Source: Eubacteriales bacterium
GTDB taxonomy: Bacteria > Bacillota > Clostridia > Oscillospirales > CAG-272
DNA length: 64,000 nt
NCBI GenBank assembly: GCA_045531485.1
Contig: JAZSEC010000018.1
Coordinates: 3,170-67,169 of the forward strand
Direction of reading: 5' to 3'
The position numbers and the translations under genes were made by a program. Below the pieces are notes generated by a model. The model did no database searches. It saw nothing but the letters and a program-made list of their open reading frames with translations, and was not told the origin of the DNA. Position 1 is the first letter of the stretch; each line of letters starts with the position of its first letter. Positions 37,314 to 46,914 of this stretch are shown here, one piece after another.

Positions 37314-39416
37314 TTATTTAGTTTCAAGCGAAAAACGAAGCTTTCCACGGGTAATATTTGCCTCCTCAAGACGAACGCTTACCTTATCTGCGATGCGGTA
37401 TATTCTGTTCGAAGAGCGAAGGGTGAGATTTCTCTCGTCGAAGGTAAATACTCCGGGCATCTCGCTGATGGGCACCAGTCCCTCGCAGGTGTTGTCAAGG
37501 GTGCAGAACATACCGAAGGAGGTGATAGAGTTTACGGTTGCCTCAAAGACTCTGCCAACCTGCTCCGACATATAGATCACCTTATACAGATCCTCGATCC
37601 TTCTTTCTGCCGAAACCGCACGAAGCTCGCCCTCGGTGGCGGCGGTAGCCGCTCTGCGTGCATAGGATGCGTAGCTCTCGGGTCGCTTGCCCTCGAAAAG
37701 AACCCTTCTTATGATTCTGTGAGTAGCAAGGTCGGAAAGACGCCTGATCGGTGAGGTGAAATGACAGTAGCTCTCGATTCCAAGACCGAAATGTGCAACC
37801 CTCTCCTCCGAATATTTCGCCTTGGACATGGCACGGAGCATGGTGTAGGATACAGGCTCTAAAAGTCCCTTTTTCTCGGCGATGGAGAGTATATCCGCAA
37901 GATCTGCCGAGGTAGGCTCATGCTTTTTCAGCCTTCTTATATCAAAGCCCAGGCTCTCAAGGTAGGAGAGAAAGCCTTCGAAATGATCGGGAAGGGGAGG
38001 CTCGTGGATTCGGTAAACGCAGGGGATCGCTCTGTCGTGAAGATAGGTGGCGACCGCCTCGTTGGCGGTAAGCATAAATTGCTCTATGATCCTCTCGGAT
38101 ATTCCACGCTCACGGCGTTCGATTCCTATGGGAGAGCCGTCCTCTGCCAGAGTGATAACAGCCTCGTCGGCATCAAAATCTATATAGCCGCGGGCGTCAC
38201 TTTTTTTAACCAGGATCTCGTACAGCTCACGCATTTTTATCAGCGTGGGAAGCACGGATGTGTACTTTTTCTTGATAACGGGTGTGGATTTTCCCGACAA
38301 AAGCTGATTTACCTCGGAATAAACGCCACGTACACGGCTGCGTATCACCGACGGTGTAAGCTTCAGGCCAGATATATTTCCATCGGGGTCGAGAGTGATA
38401 AAGGCACTGATGGCGTACTTGTCCTCATCGGCATTCAGCGAGCAGGCTCCGTTTGAAAGTGAGGTGGGCAGCATAGGCACTACCTTGTCGGTAAAATACA
38501 CGCTGGTGCCTCTCTGCATAACGCATCTGTCGAGTGCGGTTCGCTCGGTAACGTAGTGAGAAACGTCGGCAATATGAACGCCCAGCCTCCAGCCGCCCTT
38601 AGGCAGTCTGCGAAGCGAGATGGCGTCATCAAGATCCTTCGCTCCCTCGCCGTCGATGGTGAATATCACGTCGCCGGTAAGATCCTCGCGTCCCTCGTAG
38701 GAGATAGGCTCGGCGGCTACCCTTTCAGCCTGCTCAAGCTGGTCGGGAGTAAATTCGGTGATAATATCGCATTCGGCAAGGATCGCCTCATAGCTTGCCT
38801 CCTTGGTGCCGTCCTTACCGAAGATGCGGATAATATCGCACTCCGGCTGATCGCTGCCGTCGCGGCGAAGCAGAGCCTCTACCTTGTCACCAAGTCTTGC
38901 ACCGCCAAGATCGTTTACTCTGGGCGTAAGCGAAAGCCTTGGGTCGTCCGGCAGGATAAAGAAAACGCGGAAATACCTTCTACCGTGGCGTCTTATGTCC
39001 TCGGTGAGCGTGCCGATAACCGTTCTTCTGCCGATTTGTGCGATCCTGGTAACTCTGCCCTCGGTCTTTTCCTCACCGTCAAAGCTTTTGTATTTTTTAT
39101 ATACTATATCAACGTAGTCGCCGTCTATAGCACCGCGGGAGTTGCCCGATGGAATAAAAATATCCCTGGACTCGCCCTCCAGCGACACGAAGCCATAGCC
39201 GTTTTTAGAGCCGCAATAGATGCCCGATGCAGAGATGCTGCCCCTGTGTCCTGCCGACTCGGAGAAGCTCATAACAGCACCATCGCTGATTTTAGCAACC
39301 GAAGGGTCCAGTCCGACCTCTCTTACCGCCTTCATCAGCTCGCGTCTTGCCGCTTCCTTAGACCGTCTTTTGTGAGTATTTCTTTTTGTAAATTTAGTAA
39401 AATCTTTTTTCTTCAT
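37314..39416 (-). CDS. rnr: Ribonuclease R
   Basis: 700 aa with a cold-shock-like N-terminal region, an RNB motif 'GAKDLDDAISL' and a C-terminal S1 domain. Confidence 0.95.
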   Translation of the reverse strand: MKKKDFTKFTKRNTHKRRSKEAARRELMKAVREVGLDPSVAKISDGAVMSFSESAGHRGSISASGIYCGSKNGYGFVSLEGESRDIFIPSGNSRGAIDGDYVDIVYKKYKSFDGEEKTEGRVTRIAQIGRRTVIGTLTEDIRRHGRRYFRVFFILPDDPRLSLTPRVNDLGGARLGDKVEALLRRDGSDQPECDIIRIFGKDGTKEASYEAILAECDIITEFTPDQLEQAERVAAEPISYEGREDLTGDVIFTIDGEGAKDLDDAISLRRLPKGGWRLGVHIADVSHYVTERTALDRCVMQRGTSVYFTDKVVPMLPTSLSNGACSLNADEDKYAISAFITLDPDGNISGLKLTPSVIRSRVRGVYSEVNQLLSGKSTPVIKKKYTSVLPTLIKMRELYEILVKKSDARGYIDFDADEAVITLAEDGSPIGIERRERGISERIIEQFMLTANEAVATYLHDRAIPCVYRIHEPPLPDHFEGFLSYLESLGFDIRRLKKHEPTSADLADILSIAEKKGLLEPVSYTMLRAMSKAKYSEERVAHFGLGIESYCHFTSPIRRLSDLATHRIIRRVLFEGKRPESYASYARRAATAATEGELRAVSAERRIEDLYKVIYMSEQVGRVFEATVNSITSFGMFCTLDNTCEGLVPISEMPGVFTFDERNLTLRSSNRIYRIADKVSVRLEEANITRGKLRFSLETK

Positions 39417-39533
39417 TCTTCTATTTACCTCTTAACAATGCTATTCTATGCAAGAGGTGTAAATTATAAACTTGGCGGGGTGCTTTTGGTGTTTGAAAGA
39501 TAATGTGACGGTTATAGCCAAATCAAGCCCTTA

Positions 39534-39563
39534 AGAAAACAAAAGGTGCCGTATTGCGGCACC
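39534..39563 (-). terminator. Terminator after secG
   Basis: GGTGCCG-loop-CGGCACC followed by TTTTGTTTTC on the minus strand. Confidence 0.6.
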
Positions 39564-39570
39564 CTTAGTT

Positions 39571-39879
39571 TTACTTAAACAAATGAGAGTAGTTGGTAAG
39601 TTCCTTCCAAGCGTCAAGAGAGTGAGTCTCAGCGTAGTCAGGCTGAATAATGAACACTACAAGAACTGCAACTGCGAAAACGATAGCAGCAACGAGAGTC
39701 CATCTGTAAAGAGCTCTGTCTGCACCGGCGGATTTATCCTTACCGTAGAAGGTCTCGGAGCCGCCAGCGATAGTACCGGAGAGTCCGTCCTCATTACTTT
39801 TCTGAAGAACTACTGCAACAACGATGAATGCAGCGGAAATGAGAAGCAGTACGAGAAGTACGATTTCAAGAATTTCCAT
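39571..39879 (-). CDS. secG: Preprotein translocase subunit SecG
   Basis: Two TM helices. 'VVLQKSNEDGLSGTIAGGSETFYG' is the typical SecG loop. Lies upstream of rnr, as in many Firmicutes. Confidence 0.88.
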   Translation of the reverse strand: MEILEIVLLVLLLISAAFIVVAVVLQKSNEDGLSGTIAGGSETFYGKDKSAGADRALYRWTLVAAIVFAVAVLVVFIIQPDYAETHSLDAWKELTNYSHLFK

Positions 39880-40045
39880 TTTTTGCTTCCTTTCATAATT
39901 TTTCTCGCTAGGCGAGTATGATTAACAAAGGTATTTTACCATAAAGATTTTAAAAATGCAATAGTTTTTTTATCTTTTTTGAATTTTTTCATATTTTCAC
40001 CGAAAAAAGCCATACTAACATTACTTTCAGAAAGGTTTTTTTGCG

Positions 40046-41455
40046 ATGAAGATAAATAATCAGACCCGTCCCTTCGGAATCAGGGACAAAATCGGCTACC
40101 TGTTCGGCGACTTTGGAAACGACTTTACTTTTATTCTTTCCTCCAGCTTTCTTTTGAAATTCTACACCGACGTGATGAGGCTGAATGCAGGCGTGGTGGG
40201 TATTGTTATGATGCTGGCGAGATTCGTCGACGCATTTACCGACGTGACTATGGGTCGCATCTGCGACAGATCAAGGGTGACGAAAAACGGTAAATTCAAG
40301 CCATGGATACTTCGTATGTGTGCCCCGGTCGCCCTGGCATCCTTTCTGATCTATCAGTCGGCCTTTGCCTCCTATCCCGAATGGTTTCGCATCACCTGGC
40401 TGGTGGTGACGTATATTCTCTGGGGCTCGGTGTTCTACACGTCTATAAACATTCCATACGGCTCTATGGCGTCAACCATATCCAGAGAGCCGGGCGACAG
40501 ACAGTCGCTGTCCACCTTCCGAACCATGGGCAGCACGCTTGCAGGTGTTATCGTCGGTGCTGGAGTGCCTCTCGTTGCCTATGACACCAGAGTTGTAGAC
40601 GGCGTGGAGATCGCCGAGATGAACGGCGGCAGGTTTACGCTTATCGCGGGAGTATTTTCGGCTCTGGCAATAGTTGCATATCTGCTTTGCTACGTAATGG
40701 TAAGCGAGAGAGTGATACCCGAAAACAGCGAGCGGGTTAGGAGAAGTAGCGTAAAGGGGCTGCTTATCGGTGCGGTGACCAACCGTGCGTTGATATCAAT
40801 AATCGTGGCGTCGGTTCTGATGCTTCTGTCGCAGTTTACTCTACAGCAAATGGCGAACTACGTTTTCCCCGATTATTACGCCAATACGGCGGCACAGTCG
40901 GCGTCAACCATAGCTATGATGCTTGGAATGGTGGTTGCGGCGGCGTTGGCAAGGCCTCTTGCCCAGCGTTTCGGTAAGGCGGAAATCAGCGTTTTTTCAA
41001 ACGTCCTGGCGGCTATCGTTTGCCTTGTGCTGTTTTTCGTAAGACCGCAAAGCGTGTGGGTGTACGTGGCGGTTAACGTTTTCTCCTGGCTGGGACTGGG
41101 CATTTTTGCGATGGTGTCCTGGGCACTTATCACCGACGTCATAGATTATTCGGAAATAAAGAACGGCATCAGGGAGGACGGTTCTATCTATGCACTCTAC
41201 TCCTTTGCGAGAAAGTTGGGTCAGGCCGCGGCGGCGGGACTTACCGGACTGTTTCTGACGCTGATCGGATATGAAAAGCTGGATGGCGTACCATTGCCCG
41301 ACGGTGTAAAGGAGGGTATCTTTGATATTTCCACTATAGTACCCGCGATAGGCTTCATTCTCTTGTCCCTTGTGCTGTGGTTCTGGTATCCACTGCATAA
41401 AAAAGAGGTAGATAAAAACGTAGAAATCCTTAAAAGAAAGCACGCATCCGAATAA
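40046..41455 (+). CDS. GPH-family MFS transporter
   Basis: 'FGIRDKIGYLFGDFGND' N-terminal GPH signature. 469 aa, polytopic. Confidence 0.85.
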   Translation: MKINNQTRPFGIRDKIGYLFGDFGNDFTFILSSSFLLKFYTDVMRLNAGVVGIVMMLARFVDAFTDVTMGRICDRSRVTKNGKFKPWILRMCAPVALASFLIYQSAFASYPEWFRITWLVVTYILWGSVFYTSINIPYGSMASTISREPGDRQSLSTFRTMGSTLAGVIVGAGVPLVAYDTRVVDGVEIAEMNGGRFTLIAGVFSALAIVAYLLCYVMVSERVIPENSERVRRSSVKGLLIGAVTNRALISIIVASVLMLLSQFTLQQMANYVFPDYYANTAAQSASTIAMMLGMVVAAALARPLAQRFGKAEISVFSNVLAAIVCLVLFFVRPQSVWVYVAVNVFSWLGLGIFAMVSWALITDVIDYSEIKNGIREDGSIYALYSFARKLGQAAAAGLTGLFLTLIGYEKLDGVPLPDGVKEGIFDISTIVPAIGFILLSLVLWFWYPLHKKEVDKNVEILKRKHASE

Positions 41456-41486
41456 AAGAAAAAGCAGGTTAAACACCTGCTTTTTC
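41456..41486. terminator. Bidirectional terminator between convergent genes
   Basis: AGCAGGT-TAAAC-ACCTGCT flanked by an A-run and a T-run. Confidence 0.6.
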
Positions 41487-41503
41487 TAATTATAGTTTAC
41501 ATT

Positions 41504-42931
41504 TTAGCTATTTTTCTCCTCTTTTTTATTAAAATCACGCTTTCTGTGACGGATGATCAAATGCATAAAATCCTTAAGATTAAAGGGGATAAGAGGATAG
41601 AGATAATGATGCTTTGCCGACAGAGTTCTGTTGGTGGCGACGAAGAATAAAAAGAGCAGAATACCCGCCACAAAGCCCCATATTCCCAGCAGATATACTA
41701 AGGCAAGTATCATCATTCGCATAAATTTGAAGGCGTAGCCCAGCTCGTGGTTCTGCTGAGCGAAATTTGCTATGGCAACGAATGCCATATAAAGTATCAC
41801 GTCGGCACACAACCACCCCACCTCTACGGCGAAATCGCCAAGTATCAACGCACCCACCACCGACAGTGAGTTTGAAAGTATATCGGGGGTGTTCATTGAT
41901 GCGATCTTCAGTCCGTCGATAGCCAGCTCAACCAGGAAAAGCTGCAAAATTATGGGTAACGCCCCCGGGTTTTCCGGTACGAGAAAGCTTAATTCCTCGG
42001 GCAGACGGTCGGCATATTCGATTACCAGATACCATAGGGGAGTTATGATAACCGACAGAAGCAGTATTGCCGTTCTTACAAGTCTGAGATAGGTTCCGGT
42101 AAGGGGAGGGAAGCAGAAATCGTCGGTTTCCTCAAGATAATCAAAAATTGAGGTCGGTAGTATCATGGCCTGGGGCGATGTGTCACAGATGACGATTACT
42201 GAGCCCTCAAGGAGCTGGGCGGATGCGGTATCGGGTCGCTCGGTGGTGCGGATCTTCGGGAATGGGTTGTACCACCCTGATCTTATCAGCGTTTCGGCAA
42301 GGCTCTGATAACCCAGTGTCAGCGATTTTGGTCTTACGGTAGCGATCCTTCGCTTGATCTCATCCACGGTCGACCTGTCAGCTACACCCTTTACGTAGCA
42401 GACGACCACGTCCGTACCCGACGAGCCACCCATAGAAAAATGCTCCATAGTCAGCCTCGGATCTCGTATTCTGCGGCGTATAAGTGCCGTATTGACAACT
42501 AAAGTTTCCACAAAGCCATCTCTTGCCCCCTGCATAACCCTATCACTCTCCGGCTCGGAGGTTGGTCTTGCGGGGTAGGTACGCAGATCGAGGAGTATGG
42601 CGGTATCCTCAAAGCTTTCGGTGAGAATAGCCGTCTGTCCCGATAGGACTGCACGGATGATTTTTTCTACGTCCTTGGTCAATTCCACCTCAACGTAGGG
42701 CAGCTTTTTCTCAAAATCCTCTGCACGTCCCACCGTTTTTTGTGACAAAAGATACTGCATAATGCGTAGCATCTCCCCATCCTTTACAAAGCCGTCTACG
42801 TAGTAAAAGCACATATCTCTGTCTGCCACCGTCAGATGACGCTCAATTATGTCGAAGCTTTCCTCCACCCGTAAAAGCCTGCTGATCATAGAAATATTCT
42901 GTTTATAATCTAAAAAAAGCTTATCCTTCAC
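41504..42931 (-). CDS. GerA-family spore germination protein (A-subunit/SpoVAF-like), orphan
   Basis: 475 aa with a soluble N-domain and a C-terminal cluster of about 5 TM helices. 'FYYVDGFVKDGEM' and 'RRIRDPRL' are typical of GerA-family A subunits. GTG start after GAGAGGA. No B or C subunit gene is adjacent. Confidence 0.78.
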   Translation of the reverse strand: MKDKLFLDYKQNISMISRLLRVEESFDIIERHLTVADRDMCFYYVDGFVKDGEMLRIMQYLLSQKTVGRAEDFEKKLPYVEVELTKDVEKIIRAVLSGQTAILTESFEDTAILLDLRTYPARPTSEPESDRVMQGARDGFVETLVVNTALIRRRIRDPRLTMEHFSMGGSSGTDVVVCYVKGVADRSTVDEIKRRIATVRPKSLTLGYQSLAETLIRSGWYNPFPKIRTTERPDTASAQLLEGSVIVICDTSPQAMILPTSIFDYLEETDDFCFPPLTGTYLRLVRTAILLLSVIITPLWYLVIEYADRLPEELSFLVPENPGALPIILQLFLVELAIDGLKIASMNTPDILSNSLSVVGALILGDFAVEVGWLCADVILYMAFVAIANFAQQNHELGYAFKFMRMMILALVYLLGIWGFVAGILLFLFFVATNRTLSAKHHYLYPLIPFNLKDFMHLIIRHRKRDFNKKEEKNS

Positions 42932-42987
42932 CTTGTCCTCTCACACTTGTTTTTTAGGGATTATAGACCAAGGGGCGTTGGAATATT

Positions 42988-43017
42988 CAAAAAGACCCGC
43001 AGATAGATTTCTGCGGA
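42988..43017 (-). terminator. Terminator after the metallophosphoesterase gene
   Basis: CCGCAG-loop-CTGCGG followed by GTCTTTTT on the minus strand. Confidence 0.5.
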
Positions 43018-43084
43018 TCTTTTCTACATAATACATCATAAAAAATAAAGAAGTCTTAAGCTTTGGCTGGGAAATCCCGAGGTT

Positions 43085-44392
43085 TTATCTGTCGATCACT
43101 ATGCCGTGCTGATTTTTTAAAGGCACCTCAAGGATGGTTTTTACATAGGAATTATCGTAATTCGGCGTATTTTTTATTATCAGCCATATAAGTCGCGGAT
43201 GCTGAAGCTTTAGTCTGTGAATTTCAAGGTAATTACCGTCGAAATAATGTGCATTTATATCGGCAAGGAGCCTTGTGGCAGGCTGACCGTCCTCGTAGCC
43301 GAGAGGATTCTGGTATTGCCAAAGGGTCTTGTAGTAGTATTTGTCGCTGAACGCACCGAAGGCATACTCGTTTATATCAACCTCGCCGACAGAGAAATTA
43401 AGCGACCTTGACTCGTATGAATAACAGCTGTCGTAAAGCTCAAGCACACCGTAGCGGTTGCCGTAATCAAGAAGCGAAACACCCGAAATATCGCATACCG
43501 TATCGCCGTTTATCTCTTTTTCTTTAATGCTTTGGATGTGAAGATGTCCCGACATATTGATCCTTACACCGTATTTTGCAAACAGGGTGGCTATTTCATC
43601 GCCGTTGACCATGGTATAGCTGTCGCGGAACATCTCGTTATGTACCAGCAAATTGTGATGTGAAAAGGACACCACGGTGATGTTATTTTCCTTGGCGTAG
43701 GCAAGCTTTTCCTCAAGCCACTCGTAAGTCGGTGCCTCAATTCCGCCGTAGGTAATGCTGTATCCGTCCTCGTTATAGCGTGAGAAGGTGGTATCCAGCA
43801 TCAACGCCCATTTTCCCTCGTCTATCTCGTAGATATAGCTAAGCGAGCTTTCGTCGTAAAAAAGACCACCCGTATAGCCGAAATCGGCGTAAATCTCCTT
43901 AAAATCCTCACCCGTAACGCCTTCCGTCGGTGTGATCTGATCGTCAAGAACGGCAACCGGAGTGGGTGAGTAGGTATCGTGATTACCGGAAATGACCAGC
44001 ACCTTGGTATGATCTCCCACGCCCGAAAGCAGCCTTGCCATCTCAAGATGTGAGTCACGCTCACCGTTGAAGGTAAGGTCGCCCGTAAGGACTAAAAGCT
44101 TCGGCTTTTCCAGGTTTACCAGGTCGATAAGAGCCTCCACCAGCTCATAATCGTACTCCTGGATACGACCGTCGCTGACGAATCTGTTTTTGGTATAGAT
44201 CTTGTTATCCTCGCTCATCAGATTTTTTGAGAACAGATGGGTGTCGGTGGCAACGAATATGCTTGCTTCCTTGCTTCCCACTCTAATTTTTAAGTAAGAG
44301 CAAAGCGGCTGATAGCAGATCGCCACAATCATCGAAAGGGTAAGTAAAAGTGCAAAAATAATCAGAAATTTAGCCGTTTTTTTCTTTTTCAT
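43085..44392 (-). CDS. Membrane-anchored metallophosphoesterase
   Basis: N-terminal TM helix and calcineurin-like motifs 'TDTH', 'GDLTFNGE', 'GNHD' and 'GHLH'. Confidence 0.8.
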   Translation of the reverse strand: MKKKKTAKFLIIFALLLTLSMIVAICYQPLCSYLKIRVGSKEASIFVATDTHLFSKNLMSEDNKIYTKNRFVSDGRIQEYDYELVEALIDLVNLEKPKLLVLTGDLTFNGERDSHLEMARLLSGVGDHTKVLVISGNHDTYSPTPVAVLDDQITPTEGVTGEDFKEIYADFGYTGGLFYDESSLSYIYEIDEGKWALMLDTTFSRYNEDGYSITYGGIEAPTYEWLEEKLAYAKENNITVVSFSHHNLLVHNEMFRDSYTMVNGDEIATLFAKYGVRINMSGHLHIQSIKEKEINGDTVCDISGVSLLDYGNRYGVLELYDSCYSYESRSLNFSVGEVDINEYAFGAFSDKYYYKTLWQYQNPLGYEDGQPATRLLADINAHYFDGNYLEIHRLKLQHPRLIWLIIKNTPNYDNSYVKTILEVPLKNQHGIVIDR

Positions 44393-44600
44393 GGCCTCTC
44401 TCCTGTGATCGTGTTTTACTTAATTATAGCATCCTTGTCGGGAAAACGCAACCACGTACCGTTATTTTTGTTATTTCATCCCATTTTTTGAAATGAAGGG
44501 CATTGGTAATAAAAAATTTACAATTTAACCATGTTTACTAAAAGTGTTATGAATTTTTGTCTAAAATGCGTACTAATTTAAAATAAATTATTAAAATATA

Positions 44601-44629
44601 TTGACTTTAGGTAGTTTTCAAGTTATAAT
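44601..44629 (+). promoter_or_regulatory. Near-consensus promoter at the head of the SipW/TasA-type locus
   Basis: TTGACT, 17-nt spacer, TATAAT, 65 nt upstream of the 44694 ATG. Confidence 0.55.
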
Positions 44630-44693
44630 AAGGCGAATAAGTATCTTTTTATATATTATATATTTAAAATTTACGAAAGGAGGCAGCAAGAAA

Positions 44694-45191
44694 ATGAAAA
44701 ACAAAAGCATAAACATGTTAATAGCCTCGGTGCTTGTTTTAACAGCTATGTCCATCATGCTTTTATTCTTTCTCATCGATGCGGACAGAAAATTCGAGGG
44801 TGAGATCACCGTTGAAGAGAACGGAATCACCGAGACCGTTATTCCCATCAGAGATCTTGTGCTGACCCCCGGAGCAGAAAAGGATTATGACGTTAATCTA
44901 TATTGCCGAGCGACCGGATCATATCACGTTATGATTGAATATACGGAGGACGTCGACGGAGGCATGAAGCACTTCGTTGATACCACCGTTGAATTTGATG
45001 GCGAGGTCATCTACCACGGACCTCTGACAGAGCTTATAGACGAGGGTCTGACCATTGAATTTGACACCATACTTGACGACGCAGTACCCGCAACACTCGT
45101 ATTCAGATACGTAATGCCCCTCGAAACCGGAAATGAGGCCCAGGGTGCCTTTTCCGACTTCGATATAACCATCACCGTTGAGAAGAATTAA
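44694..45191 (+). CDS. Small membrane-anchored TasA-fold-like protein in a tapA-like position
   Basis: 165 aa, AAAGGAGG RBS and an N-terminal TM anchor. It ends in 'GNEAQGAFSDFDITITVE', the C-terminal strand motif shared with the other paralogues. It lacks the A[WL]F[TS] cleavage motif. Confidence 0.55.
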   Translation: MKNKSINMLIASVLVLTAMSIMLLFFLIDADRKFEGEITVEENGITETVIPIRDLVLTPGAEKDYDVNLYCRATGSYHVMIEYTEDVDGGMKHFVDTTVEFDGEVIYHGPLTELIDEGLTIEFDTILDDAVPATLVFRYVMPLETGNEAQGAFSDFDITITVEKN

Positions 45192-45211
45192 CGGTTAAAG
45201 GAGCTATTTGT

Positions 45212-46000
45212 ATGGAAAATAAAACAAAAGTTAAAAAAATACTGACCATAGTCGGTGACGTGCTGCTGTATCTGTTTATCGCGATTTGCCTTGTGGGCGT
45301 TATCATCACCATCACCTCAAAGAAGGATGAGGACGGCACCGCAAACATCTTCGGTATGCAGATGCGACTGGTAATCTCTCCCTCAATGGAGAAGTGTGAG
45401 CATACCGACGTAAGTAAGTTTGAGATAAAGGATATACCCGTTAACTCCATGGTATTCATTGAGGTTGTTCCCGAGGATGATGCCGAGGCGGATGAGTGGT
45501 ACAAGGCACTCAGGGTCGGTGACGTTCTTACCTTCAAGTACGTTTACACCAGACAGGAGACCATAACCCACCGTATCACCTCCATCGAGCCTAAGGATGA
45601 CGGCAGCGGATATATTATTGAGCTTGAGGGTGACAACAAGAACGATGCATCGGGTGTTCTTACTCAGGTGATCGATACCTCAAAGCGTAACAGCCCCGAG
45701 TACGTAATAGGTAAGGTCGTCGGACAGAATTACATTTTCGGTCTGTTTATGGCTCTGCTCAGGTCCCCCATCGGACTGATATTCGTGGTTATAGTACCTT
45801 CTCTCGTTATAATCGCCTTTGAGATCGTTAAGCTGGTAAAGCTTGCAAACGAGGATAAAAAGAAGAAGGAGCAGCAGGAGAAGGAGGAGCAGCAGAATGA
45901 GCTTGATATGCTCAGACGCAAGCTTGCCGAGCTTGAAAAACTGAAGGAAGAAGGCTCCGATACCGCCGCTGCGGAAGGCACCTCGGAAGAGGAAAATTAA
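45212..46000 (+). CDS. sipW: SipW-type (ER/archaeal-type, S26B) signal peptidase I, copy 1, with a long charged C-terminal tail
   Basis: 'IFGMQMRLVISPSME' (Ser box), 'ETITHRI' (His box), 'EGDNKND' (GDN box), a second TM helix and then a tail of about 55 aa rich in K/E/Q. Confidence 0.88.
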   Translation: MENKTKVKKILTIVGDVLLYLFIAICLVGVIITITSKKDEDGTANIFGMQMRLVISPSMEKCEHTDVSKFEIKDIPVNSMVFIEVVPEDDAEADEWYKALRVGDVLTFKYVYTRQETITHRITSIEPKDDGSGYIIELEGDNKNDASGVLTQVIDTSKRNSPEYVIGKVVGQNYIFGLFMALLRSPIGLIFVVIVPSLVIIAFEIVKLVKLANEDKKKKEQQEKEEQQNELDMLRRKLAELEKLKEEGSDTAAAEGTSEEEN

Positions 46001-46050
46001 TTTTGATTTCGCAAAGATTTTAATAAAAATTTATATAAAGGAGAACCAAA

Positions 46051-46788
46051 ATGGGAACCAGTATGGAAATTTTGTTTATGGTGTTCATGGTTGTAGTTTC
46101 CGTTATTGCACTGTTTGCAGTAATGGTAGTACTCAGGGATATCATAAAAGAGATCCTCGACGCTCGCAAGAAGGAAAAAAATTGCAAGTGTGACGAAGAG
46201 CCCGCTGCACCCGCACCCGCTCCCGCTGCACCCGCACCCGCTCCTGTTGCACCTACTCCCGTAGTAGAGCCTGTAGCAGAGCCCAAACCTGTAGAGCCCG
46301 CCGAGGAGACCGCTGCACCTGCAGAAGAGTCCGCGACAGAAGAAGATGGTAAAATCAGCTTTGCAGCAGGACAGCAGCAGACCATTGATGAGAAGTATCT
46401 CGAGCTTTCTCCCGAGGCAAAGGGCTGGTATGATGAGATCATCAAGCACGCCGCTATCGTTGAGGGCAGCAGACGCTTCAAGAACGCACGCTATGAGGAA
46501 TACAAGGTTGGTAACAACCGTCTTGTACGTATGCTCATTAAGCGTGGTGTAGTTCACTGTGAGTTTATTTTACACAACTCCGATTTCAAGAACTACGTAA
46601 ACGAGAATAAGATCTCTGTAAGACAGGCAGCGACCACCATGCGTATCGACAGCAAGGATACCGTTGACGCAGCTAAGAACAGCATTGACATCGTCGTAGC
46701 GGCTATTGCTGAGGAGCGTGAGTACAAGAAGCAGCTTGCAAGAGAAAAGCGTAAGGCAGCAAGAGAGCTTGCCGCAGCAGGTAAGTAA
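46051..46788 (+). CDS. Single-pass membrane protein with a Pro/Ala-rich linker and a basic C-terminal domain (unknown function)
   Basis: AGGAG RBS. An N-terminal TM helix is followed by positive charges, suggesting the C-terminus is cytoplasmic. 'PAAPAPAPAAPAPAPVAPTPVVEP' is encoded partly by a perfect 21-bp x2 tandem (46201-46242). No family recognised. Confidence 0.55.
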   Translation: MGTSMEILFMVFMVVVSVIALFAVMVVLRDIIKEILDARKKEKNCKCDEEPAAPAPAPAAPAPAPVAPTPVVEPVAEPKPVEPAEETAAPAEESATEEDGKISFAAGQQQTIDEKYLELSPEAKGWYDEIIKHAAIVEGSRRFKNARYEEYKVGNNRLVRMLIKRGVVHCEFILHNSDFKNYVNENKISVRQAATTMRIDSKDTVDAAKNSIDIVVAAIAEEREYKKQLAREKRKAARELAAAGK

Positions 46789-46914
46789 TCTATTTCTTTA
46801 TTATTTACTTTTATTATTTACTTTACAGATGTTGTTCGTAATTACATTACGTTTACATAATCAATTTTATTTAGCAAATACAATCAAAATCTGATAATAA
46901 GGAGGTAGATAGTC

